In this document: positions 37,732-45,674 of the stretch, piece by piece
Position numbering within the stretch: the first letter of the stretch is position 1
How the letters are laid out: each line of letters opens with the position of its first letter
From: Acidimicrobiia bacterium
Lineage (GTDB): Bacteria > Actinomycetota > Acidimicrobiia > Spongiisociales > UBA5794
Assembly (NCBI GenBank): GCA_030066875.1
Contig: JASJAS010000002.1
Coordinates: 212-64,211 of the forward strand
Length of the DNA stretch: 64,000 nucleotides
Direction of reading: 5' to 3'
Position numbers and translations under genes: made by a program
The notes under the pieces: generated by a model
Databases searched by the model: none
The model's input: only the letters and a program-made list of their open reading frames with translations
What the model was told of the DNA's origin: nothing

Positions 37732-37997
37732 AGGTGGCCAGGGTTGCCGGGACGGTGGTTTCGACGATCAGCTTCCCATTCTTCGACGAGAAGCGGTTGC
37801 TGCTGTGTGATGTGCTCGACGCAAAGGGCGAGGTGCAGGGCTACACCATCGCCGTTGATGTCGTCGACGCCGGTGTTGGAGAAACCGTTCTGGTGTTGGA
37901 CGAGGGCAACTCATCGCGCCAGATATTCGGGCTGGAGACAGGTCCGATCAGGGCAACCGTCGTCGGAATCGTCGACGAGGTCGAGTTCGGAACCTAA
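37728..37997 (+). CDS. BMC-P pentameric vertex protein (EutN/CcmL family), paralog 3.
   Basis: ATGA coupling to the upstream gene. 'MKVARVAGTVVSTISFPFFDEKRLLLCDVLD...AVDVVDAGVGETVLV'. Confidence 0.85.
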   Translation: MKVARVAGTVVSTISFPFFDEKRLLLCDVLDAKGEVQGYTIAVDVVDAGVGETVLVLDEGNSSRQIFGLETGPIRATVVGIVDEVEFGT

Positions 37998-38006
37998 GGC
38001 CGACCG

Positions 38007-38052
38007 TTCTTGCGGACATAGCTTCGCTATTCCGGCGGCATGTCCGCAAGAA
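38007..38052 (+). terminator. Long hairpin immediately after the BMC operon; possible terminator or RNA-stability element.
   Basis: TTCTTGCGGACAT (38007..38019) pairs perfectly with ATGTCCGCAAGAA (38040..38052), with a 20-nt loop. There is no U-tract. Confidence 0.45.
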
Positions 38053-38166
38053 GCGTGGGGCGTCTCAAGATGCCGAGGGATATCGCCGATAGTCGGTAGG
38101 GTTCCGGCAACCGCGTGTGTGCGTGCGGTCGGTTCATCCGAAGCTACAGAGGGGAAGACACCCAGT

Positions 38167-38523
38167 ATGCGCAAGTTGTTCATTCTTCTGGCCGCGCTCG
38201 GCCTGGTCGCCGCAGCGTGCGGTGGCGACTCCGCCGGCTCATGTGAGAGCGTCGCCGACGATGCCATCCAGGTCATTCAAGAAGTAATCGACGAGCTGGA
38301 CTCGCTGACACTCGAGGAACTCGGCAACCTGGACGAGGAGCCCGAGGTGATCCAGAACATGGAGAAGCGAGCCGACGAATTGCAGGCGCAAGCCAACGAG
38401 CTGGGCTGCAGCGACTCTGAGATGGAGGAGCTGTTGAACGCTCGGGTCGGCAACCTCGAAGCCGACGGTATGTTCGGCGGGCTTCTCGTCGAGGAACTCG
38501 AGAGCGGAGGCTTCTTCGAGTAA
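38167..38523 (+). CDS. Small acidic lipoprotein, hypothetical.
   Basis: ATG 38167. Lipobox 'LGLVAAAC|GGD'. The Glu/Asp-rich helical region contains two Cys. Confidence 0.6.
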   Translation: MRKLFILLAALGLVAAACGGDSAGSCESVADDAIQVIQEVIDELDSLTLEELGNLDEEPEVIQNMEKRADELQAQANELGCSDSEMEELLNARVGNLEADGMFGGLLVEELESGGFFE

Positions 38524-38549
38524 AGCACCACCGATCTACAGTTCCCCAG

Positions 38550-39299
38550 ATGAACGGCAGCGGCAGGAAGACCACCCTTTGGCTCCTGCCGCTGCTTCTG
38601 TTTGTGACCAGCTGCGATGATCCGGTCACGGTGGTGGTGGAAGCTGAACCGGAGGAGGTCGAGACCTGCGAGTGGCTGATCCCGATAGGCATCGAACTGG
38701 TCAACGACTACTTCTACACCATCGAGGAATCCGACGTGGCCGCGTCGCTCGGAGATCCAGCGCAGCTGCCCACCTCGATTATTGCTCTCAACGCGCGGGG
38801 AGCCGATCTAGACCGTCGGGCCGACGAGCTGGAATGCAACCTCGCTGAGTTGAACACAGCCATCGTGGCAGCCACCGAGGGCTTGGAGCCGTCCGATCCC
38901 ATCACCAGCGTGTTCCTCGATACCGTGCGGGGCGGGGTTCTAGCACCGGAGGTGCCTGCGGGAGAGTGGGTCTTTGTCGAGGGAATGGTATTGGGCGAAC
39001 CGATCGTCCCTGCCCCCGGCCAGAGGATTACGCTCGTTGTGAACGACGATGGAACAGCATCGGGCAGTGCCGGCTGCAATCAGTATTCCTTGTTCGGATC
39101 AGTGGCCGACGGGGAGTGGCAGATCGAGAGGTTGGAGACATCGCAATCGCTGTGTCCGTCCGATGTTCATGCCACCGCGGAGGACCGCTACTTCACCGGT
39201 TTGATGTATGCGTGGGAGTACACGGTCAGCGCGAACTCGCTGCTGCTTGGGAATGCCGACACGGAGTTCAGATTCGAGAAAACGGTCGCCGAGGACTAG
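38550..39299 (+). CDS. Lipoprotein with a C-terminal META (HslJ-like) domain.
   Basis: Lipobox 'LLLFVTSC|DD'. 'ASGSAGCNQYSLFGSV...ETSQSLCP...AEDRYFTGL' is the META signature. Confidence 0.7.
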   Translation: MNGSGRKTTLWLLPLLLFVTSCDDPVTVVVEAEPEEVETCEWLIPIGIELVNDYFYTIEESDVAASLGDPAQLPTSIIALNARGADLDRRADELECNLAELNTAIVAATEGLEPSDPITSVFLDTVRGGVLAPEVPAGEWVFVEGMVLGEPIVPAPGQRITLVVNDDGTASGSAGCNQYSLFGSVADGEWQIERLETSQSLCPSDVHATAEDRYFTGLMYAWEYTVSANSLLLGNADTEFRFEKTVAED

Positions 39300-39988
39300 C
39301 GCGGCACGGAGCGAAGCTTCGAAGCCGCTGCCTCGTCCACCATCCACCGCGCCGCATCAGCTCCTGCTGCAACCCGCTGTGCCGGGAACGGCAGTCCATC
39401 GTCGATGATCTGCGAAAGAACCTCTGCTTTGTCCGCGCCTTGAACCAGGAAAACCAACTCGCGAGCGCTCCACAACAGCGCCATCGACGCAGTCAATCGC
39501 CAGGTTTCCTTTTGTTCGACCCAGCTGGCCAAATAGATGCCGGAGTCGTCTGTGAGGGCATCAGAGCCGGGAAACAGAGAGGCGGTGTGGCCATCATTAC
39601 CGATGCCGAGCAGCACAAGATCGGGTCGATCCTCGTAGAAGATCTCACAGAGTGTCGCGCCGTAGGAGGCCGCAGCTGCAGCCGGTTCGCCGAATGCGGT
39701 GTCGGGCGCAACCAAGCGGGCCAGAACCATGTCGACCAGCGTCTCGTGGACCATGCGGGTGTTCGAATCCGGGTGATCATGCGAAACCCAGCGCTCATCA
39801 CCGAGCCACATCGTCACCCTATTCCAGTCGACATTTCTCGTCGCGAGCTCTCGATAAGTGGCCGCAGGAGTATTTCCTCCGGCGAGTCCGAGTGTGGTCG
39901 GTCGATCTGAAGCATCGATACAAGCCGCGATGTGATCAGCAGCAGCCCGCGCCAGGGATGCTGCGTCGGCGTAGATGTGGACGCTCAT
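39296..39988 (-). CDS. pgl: 6-phosphogluconolactonase.
   Basis: Start at ATG 39988 ('MSVHIYADAASLARAAADHI'). 'LGLAGGNTP' and 'LLGIGNDGHTASLFPG' motifs. Confidence 0.85.
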   Translation of the reverse strand: MSVHIYADAASLARAAADHIAACIDASDRPTTLGLAGGNTPAATYRELATRNVDWNRVTMWLGDERWVSHDHPDSNTRMVHETLVDMVLARLVAPDTAFGEPAAAAASYGATLCEIFYEDRPDLVLLGIGNDGHTASLFPGSDALTDDSGIYLASWVEQKETWRLTASMALLWSARELVFLVQGADKAEVLSQIIDDGLPFPAQRVAAGADAARWMVDEAAASKLRSVPR

Positions 39989-40018
39989 ACGTCCAAAACT
40001 AGTGGCTACGCTCGGCAC

Positions 40019-40669
40019 ATGACTAGGAGACTGAGACTCGCATGGGGTGCCGGGGAGAAGGTGACCGCCCGCCTTGCCGTACCCCGGTCTGAAAGCGCGG
40101 CGGGAATCGTCCTCGCCCATGGCGCCGGAGCGGGACAGGACCACGACTTCATGGTGACCCTGCGCAGTGCTTTGGTCGGTGAAGGACTCACCGTATTGAC
40201 CTTCAATTACGCCTATACCGAGGCGGAGCGGAAGGCTCCCGACCGACTACCGAAGCTACTCGAGGTACATCGGGCGGCGGCTGATCGGCTGGCAACGTAC
40301 TGTGACCGGGTCGTGCTCGCAGGAAAGTCGATGGGTGGCCGGGTGGCGTCTCACCTCGCGGGTGACGAAGGCTGGCCGGCAGCCGCCATGGTCTATTACG
40401 GGTATCCGCTGGTGCCGCTCGGCAGGGGTGAGCCCCGGGAAACCACCCACCTGAGCCGGATCGGGGTTCCGCAGCTGTTCTTCTCGGGATCGAGGGATCG
40501 GCTCGGGCCGCCCGAGTTGATCACGGACCTTGCCAATCGGCTCCCCTCCGCCGAGGTCGAAGTGATTCAGGGCGGCGATCATTCCTTCAAGGTGCCAAAG
40601 GCAGCGGGTCTGACCCACGCCGAGGTGATCGGGCGCATGGCGGCGACTACAGCTCGGTGGATGGGATAA
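40019..40669 (+). CDS. Alpha/beta hydrolase (dienelactone-hydrolase/KANL3-like).
   Basis: ATG 40019. Nucleophile elbow 'LAGKSMGGRV'. 'SGSRDRLG' and 'GGDHSF' give the Asp/His triad context. Confidence 0.7.
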   Translation: MTRRLRLAWGAGEKVTARLAVPRSESAAGIVLAHGAGAGQDHDFMVTLRSALVGEGLTVLTFNYAYTEAERKAPDRLPKLLEVHRAAADRLATYCDRVVLAGKSMGGRVASHLAGDEGWPAAAMVYYGYPLVPLGRGEPRETTHLSRIGVPQLFFSGSRDRLGPPELITDLANRLPSAEVEVIQGGDHSFKVPKAAGLTHAEVIGRMAATTARWMG

Positions 40670-41546
40670 CACCCTTGCCGGCGTAATACCCGGCTCGAGC
40701 CTTGCCATCGAAGAGGTCGAGTACCCAGATACTTGCTCTTGGCCACTTCCGGGAGCCCCGCAGCGGCACCTTCCTGCTGTCGAGATCCCTTATCAGGGAG
40801 CGGACCCAGTTCTCGTGGGTGGCCAGAACCACCGCACCCGACCCAATCGACTTCAGGTACTTGCGGATGTCGTCAGCGGTCATGTTCTCTTTGAGCTTCT
40901 TGGACGTTTCGACGTCGATGCCGAGCTGGGCTGCAAGCGGCTCCACCGTCTGCACACAACGCAAGGCCGGGCTGGAGACGATCTTGGAAACTGGGTGGCG
41001 AGCCATGAACTCGGCAAGCTGGTTTGCCTGTTCCCGTCCCTTGCCGGTCAGCGGGCGCTTCTTGTCTGGGCCCTTCGCCTTGGAGCGAACTCCGGCGTTG
41101 CCATTACGCACAACGTAGAGGCGTGCCGACGAGGGGTTCTCTAGAAGCCCCTGCGCCCTTTCAATGAGGCGGGCGTCGCGGTTGTAGGTGAGGAGAGCCT
41201 TGGCCCCGTTGATACCCACCCACTCCGCATTGTCCACTTCCAGGTTCGGAACGAAAGAGCCTTTCACCGCCTCCAGCATCCAGTATTTCACGAGCTTGGG
41301 TCGGCCTCGCTGCGTCGGGTAGGTGACACCGCCGAGGAAAGGGCCGACATTGCACTTGATCCCGGTTTCTTCCCGTACCTCTCGGGCTGCGGCTTCTTCG
41401 AAAGACTCGCCTCGATCCAGCTTTCCCTTTGGCAGGGACCAATCGTGATAGCGGTTGCGGTGCACCAGTAGGAACTGCGGTCCGGTGTTACCGAATCCTT
41501 CTCTGTAGACGACACCGCCCGCGGCGAGAACTCGTGGCGTCGCCAT
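40647..41546 (-). CDS. Bifunctional-type Nudix hydrolase / histidine-phosphatase (SixA-like) fusion (MutT1-like architecture).
   Basis: Nudix box 'GKLDRGESFEEAAAREVREETGI'. The C-terminal His-phosphatase fold is 'LYVVRNGNAG...RPLTGKGREQA...LATHENW'. Confidence 0.75.
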   Translation of the reverse strand: MATPRVLAAGGVVYREGFGNTGPQFLLVHRNRYHDWSLPKGKLDRGESFEEAAAREVREETGIKCNVGPFLGGVTYPTQRGRPKLVKYWMLEAVKGSFVPNLEVDNAEWVGINGAKALLTYNRDARLIERAQGLLENPSSARLYVVRNGNAGVRSKAKGPDKKRPLTGKGREQANQLAEFMARHPVSKIVSSPALRCVQTVEPLAAQLGIDVETSKKLKENMTADDIRKYLKSIGSGAVVLATHENWVRSLIRDLDSRKVPLRGSRKWPRASIWVLDLFDGKARAGYYAGKGVIPSTEL

Positions 41547-41657
41547 CAGTGGACTCCTCCCGGCGGCGCTATTGCGCGGATTCCCGACACGCTACGGCTC
41601 CTCCGGGCCTGGTCAAGCGATGGTTGGCATGATCTATGTCGCATCCGGCAAGGAAGG

Positions 41658-42110
41658 TTAGGAGCGGTTACGTTCCAACTCCAGCACCTTGTTGAGACGG
41701 CGTACGTATCGTTCCTTCGGAACGAATTGGGCGCCCAGGTAGGCCTGCACGATCTCCTCAGCTACGGCGGCGCCGGTTACACGTGCGGCCAGGGCCAGCA
41801 CGTTGACATCGTCGTGCTCCACCGCCTGATGGGCCGTATACGTGTCGCCGGCTTGAGCGCACCTGATGCCGTCGAGTTTGTTGGCCGCGATGGCGGCACC
41901 AGCCCCGGAACCGCACACGACGATCCCGCGGTCGGCGCGCCCCTGTATGACCGCGCGACCCACAGCCGCGGCGAAGTCCGGGTAGTCCACCCTTTCTGCG
42001 TCTGAGTCGGTTCCCAGGTCGAGGACCGAGTGGCCGGAGCCTGCTATCAGCTGCTTCAGCTCCTCTTTGAGCTCGTATCCGGCGTGGTCGGCACCGATGG
42101 CTATTCGCAT
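41658..42110 (-). CDS. rpiB: Ribose-5-phosphate isomerase B (housekeeping copy).
   Basis: 'MRIAIGADHAGYELK', catalytic-Cys segment 'GIVVCGSGAGAAIAANK' and 'VEHDDVNVL'. 150 aa with no extension. Confidence 0.9.
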   Translation of the reverse strand: MRIAIGADHAGYELKEELKQLIAGSGHSVLDLGTDSDAERVDYPDFAAAVGRAVIQGRADRGIVVCGSGAGAAIAANKLDGIRCAQAGDTYTAHQAVEHDDVNVLALAARVTGAAVAEEIVQAYLGAQFVPKERYVRRLNKVLELERNRS

Positions 42111-42185
42111 GCGGGTTCATCCCCTGATGGCGTTCTCGAGCACATTATTGCTCGCGAAAAACCATGCAGCCTCTACCATCGCGGC

Positions 42186-43433
42186 ATGGATTCGATCAGG
42201 GTCATCGGCGGGAGACCGCTGTCCGGGGAAGTCGCGGTGCATGGGGCAAAGAACGCGGTGCTCAAACACATGGTGGCGATGCTGCTCGCTCCTGGTCGTT
42301 ACCGGCTCGAGAATGTGCCGGGGATTCTCGACGTCGACATCATGGGCGAGGTCCTCGACCACGTCGGGGCAACATGCACCCGCCGCGAGTCGGTCGTCGA
42401 GGTCGATGTGCCTGAATCGCTCAATCCCGAGGCGCCTCTCGAACTCGTCCGCAAGATGCGGGCCTCGATACTGATCCTCGGGGCTCTGCTGGCTCGAGTC
42501 GGCTCGGCCCGAGTCGCTCTCCCCGGGGGTGACGACTTCGGATCTCGTCCGATAGGCATGCACCTCGATGGTCTCGAGCAAATGGGAGCCGTATTCGAGC
42601 TGCGCCATGGTGTGCTCGAGGCATCGGCTCCCAACGGGTTGGCCGGTACCGACATCTTTCTCGAGTTCCCCAGTGTGGGAGCTACAGAGAACCTCCTCCT
42701 CGCCGCGGTGCTGGCCACAGGAAAGACGACCATCGGAAATGCGGCGCGCGAACCCGAATTGGCCGATTTGGCTTCGCTTCTCAACCAGATGGGAGCCAAG
42801 GTCGACGGAGCCGGGACATCCACAATCGAAGTCATGGGCGTGCCCTCACTCAGTCCAGCCGACCACAAGGTCGTCGCCGACCGTCTCGTCGCTGGGACCT
42901 ACGCGCTCGCTGCCGCGGCGAGCGGCGGTGAAATCACGGTCCTGGGCTGTGACCCCGGCTTCCTTCGCATGGAGCTGCGCAAGATGCAAGCAGCGGGGTG
43001 TGACGTCGAGCGTGGCGACGATTGGTTCTCCGTCACGGGCCCGGAAAGGCCCGAACCGCAGGACATCGCGACGTTGCCGTACCCCGGGTTTCATACCGAC
43101 ATGCATCCGCAGATGGTCGCGTTTCTGGCGCGGGCGACCGGGACCTCTCTCGTCACCGAAAACGTATACGCAGCGCGATTCCGCTATATCGGCGAACTCA
43201 ACAGGATGGGCGCCGACATTCAGACCGACGGCCAGCATGTTGTCGTCCGCGGGGTGGAGGAACTGAGTGGGTGCGAGGTCGACGGATGTGACATCAGGGC
43301 AGCGGCTGCGCTCACGATCGCCGGTCTTGCCGCCGAAGGGGAAACCATCGTCCACGATGCCGAACACATCGACCGGGGATACGACGGCTTTGTGGACACA
43401 TTGCGGAATCTCGGCGCCGACATCGATCGTTAG
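42186..43433 (+). CDS. murA: UDP-N-acetylglucosamine 1-carboxyvinyltransferase.
   Basis: Start at ATG 42186 ('MDSIRVIGGRPLSGEVAVHGAKNAVL'). 415 aa, EPSP-synthase fold. Confidence 0.9.
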   Translation: MDSIRVIGGRPLSGEVAVHGAKNAVLKHMVAMLLAPGRYRLENVPGILDVDIMGEVLDHVGATCTRRESVVEVDVPESLNPEAPLELVRKMRASILILGALLARVGSARVALPGGDDFGSRPIGMHLDGLEQMGAVFELRHGVLEASAPNGLAGTDIFLEFPSVGATENLLLAAVLATGKTTIGNAAREPELADLASLLNQMGAKVDGAGTSTIEVMGVPSLSPADHKVVADRLVAGTYALAAAASGGEITVLGCDPGFLRMELRKMQAAGCDVERGDDWFSVTGPERPEPQDIATLPYPGFHTDMHPQMVAFLARATGTSLVTENVYAARFRYIGELNRMGADIQTDGQHVVVRGVEELSGCEVDGCDIRAAAALTIAGLAAEGETIVHDAEHIDRGYDGFVDTLRNLGADIDR

Positions 43434-43436
43434 CCC

Positions 43437-44729
43437 GTGTTCGTAGTCGTCGCCTCGCTAGTCCTGGCGCTGGCCCAATCAGCAACGCCGTGGCCCGTCG
43501 AGTCGGTGACCCTCGATCCCGGACCGGGCACGACGCTTGCCATGGGTCGGGGCGCCTATGAGGGAAGGCTTGAAATCGGTGGCTACCGAGCGGGTCTGGC
43601 AGCAGTCGAAACGGCCACCATCGAGGACTACCTGCTCGGCATCACCGAGGTGCCGTCATCGTGGCCGTCCCAGACTCTTGCGGCCCAGGCGGTCGCTGCG
43701 CGGACCTACCTGGCGTGGACGCTGCACCGCGGTCGCTCGATCAACGGTCAGCGATACGACTACGACATATGCGCCTCGCAGTACTGCCAGGTCTATCGAG
43801 GCCCGGGTGACGCAGCCGATCGGTGGGCCAGGGCAGTTGGTACAACTGCGGGACAAATCCTCCTACACGACGGTCGGCCGGCGCAAGCCCTCTATTCCTC
43901 CAGCGCCGGCGCAAGAACCAGGTCGGTGCAGGACGTCTTTGGTGGATCCGGGGTTCCGTACCTGCAGGCCGTGGATTCTCCCGAACTCGATGTCACTCCT
44001 TACCGGCAGTGGGAGCTAACTGTGTCGCCTCGGATGTTCCGTCGAGTCTTCGCCAGGGGCGGATATGAGTTCGAGGGTGAGGTTTCTGACGTGGTGCTGC
44101 GCAACCCAGGTGAGGGCAACGGCCTGGTGACCATCGACGTTGTGACGGCACACGGTGTGACCACGATCCCGGTCACGGATTTCCGGGCGGTGTTCAATCG
44201 GCACGGACCTGCGCTTTACCCGAATCACATGCCGGTACGGCGCGCCAACGGAGATCGCTGGCCGCAAACGGTGCTCTCCTACACGTTCGACATCGACTAC
44301 GAAGCCCCATCGTTCACCAGCAGATTGCCGCTCCCCGAGTCCGATGCCGGCAACCCGGGTCGACTCACCGTGACCGGCCAGGGTTGGGGTCACGGCGTCG
44401 GCATGAGCCAGTGGGGCGCTATGGCCATGGGAAGTGCCGGTGCCGGCTACGAGGCGATTCTGAACCAGTATTACGGGCTCGATCCTGTGGAAGGGGGAGA
44501 TACTCTCCCCGAGAGTGTTCGGATCGGCTTGGCCGTTGAGCGTCGCGAAATCGCCGTTGTCGCCGACGGGCCTTTCGAACTCGTGACCGACGAGTTCGCG
44601 CCCGTGTCTGTGGAAGCCGGGGAGTGGGTCTTCCGTCGCTTCGGGAGGAAGGTGATCGTGTTGACTCCGGAAGGCCACACGTACGACTCGCAGTTGTTGC
44701 GGGTCCTAGCCAGGCGTCCGCTCGAATGA
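43437..44729 (+). CDS. SpoIID/LytB-domain protein (second copy, no SLH-like repeats).
   Basis: 'YSSSAGARTRS' and 'GQGWGHGVGMSQWGAMAMG'. N-terminal signal/TM. It lies directly downstream of murA. Confidence 0.75.
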   Translation: MFVVVASLVLALAQSATPWPVESVTLDPGPGTTLAMGRGAYEGRLEIGGYRAGLAAVETATIEDYLLGITEVPSSWPSQTLAAQAVAARTYLAWTLHRGRSINGQRYDYDICASQYCQVYRGPGDAADRWARAVGTTAGQILLHDGRPAQALYSSSAGARTRSVQDVFGGSGVPYLQAVDSPELDVTPYRQWELTVSPRMFRRVFARGGYEFEGEVSDVVLRNPGEGNGLVTIDVVTAHGVTTIPVTDFRAVFNRHGPALYPNHMPVRRANGDRWPQTVLSYTFDIDYEAPSFTSRLPLPESDAGNPGRLTVTGQGWGHGVGMSQWGAMAMGSAGAGYEAILNQYYGLDPVEGGDTLPESVRIGLAVERREIAVVADGPFELVTDEFAPVSVEAGEWVFRRFGRKVIVLTPEGHTYDSQLLRVLARRPLE

Positions 44730-45604
44730 GGAGGCTCGACGAACCACTGCGCAGCGGCCTACTCGAGATCACGCGCAGGCTGCAGGGCGCCGGAATTGAG
44801 TTCCAGGTTGGGGGGAGCTTGATGCTGCGGTTGCACGGCTACGACATCGAGCCCGGCGACATCGACCTGGTGGTCGGCACCGATCTACGCGGGGAGGTCG
44901 AACGCGTTCTGCACGACCTGCCGATCGAAGAGCCACCTCATCGCGAGCCGTGGCGTACCGACTGGTTTCTACGCGTGACGCTTTCTATGCCCGGCGGGGA
45001 TGTAGGCGTCGATGTCATGGGGGGACTAGCACTGTTCGTCGATGGGGTGCTCGTTCGCTTCCCCGAGTCGCCGGCTACCTCGGTCGCGGTAGAGGGAACC
45101 GAAATACCGCTGGCGTCACGCGCCGACTGGTACCACCTCTACCGGGTCCACAATGAGGTGACGGCGCGGCTGCTGGCGTCGCGGCTCAGCGACGAGGAGA
45201 TCATGGCGGCGGCACACCGGTTGTCTCTCGGCGATCGATTTTCCCCTACACTGATAGTGCGAATCGGGAATGGTTCGCACCCGCATGCGATTGAATCAGG
45301 TATGAGCAACGACGCACAGAGTTCGATCATCGAGGTGGCCTCGCCCACCGACCAGACCTTCGACGCGCCCGGCACCGAGACGATCGACCGGGCTTTGCTC
45401 GAGGAAACGTTGGAGTACATCCGTCCCGCGCTGCAAGCGGACGGGGGAGATCTGATTCTGCTCGGCACGCAGGGGGGCAAGGTCACGTTGCAGCTTGTGG
45501 GTGCGTGCGGGGGATGCCCACTTTCGACGATGACCCTCACGGCCGGTATCGAACGCATTCTCCAAGACCGTGTCCCCGGTGTGACTGAGGTCGTCGCCCT
45601 CTGA
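44726..45604 (+). CDS. Fusion of a nucleotidyltransferase-fold-like N-domain and a C-terminal NifU-like (Nfu) domain.
   Basis: ATGA overlap with the upstream stop. The N-domain 'VGGSLMLRLHGYDIEPGDIDLVV' has a GS...DxD NTase-like motif. The C-domain 'YIRPALQADGGDLILL...LVGACGGCPLSTMTL' has the NifU CxxC. Confidence 0.6.
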   Translation: MRRLDEPLRSGLLEITRRLQGAGIEFQVGGSLMLRLHGYDIEPGDIDLVVGTDLRGEVERVLHDLPIEEPPHREPWRTDWFLRVTLSMPGGDVGVDVMGGLALFVDGVLVRFPESPATSVAVEGTEIPLASRADWYHLYRVHNEVTARLLASRLSDEEIMAAAHRLSLGDRFSPTLIVRIGNGSHPHAIESGMSNDAQSSIIEVASPTDQTFDAPGTETIDRALLEETLEYIRPALQADGGDLILLGTQGGKVTLQLVGACGGCPLSTMTLTAGIERILQDRVPGVTEVVAL

Positions 45605-45674
45605 CCGATCCGTTGGATGCGTTGATTCGGCCCGTCGCGGCCGTCCAAGCACCCGCCACTAGGCTCGGGTCCCG

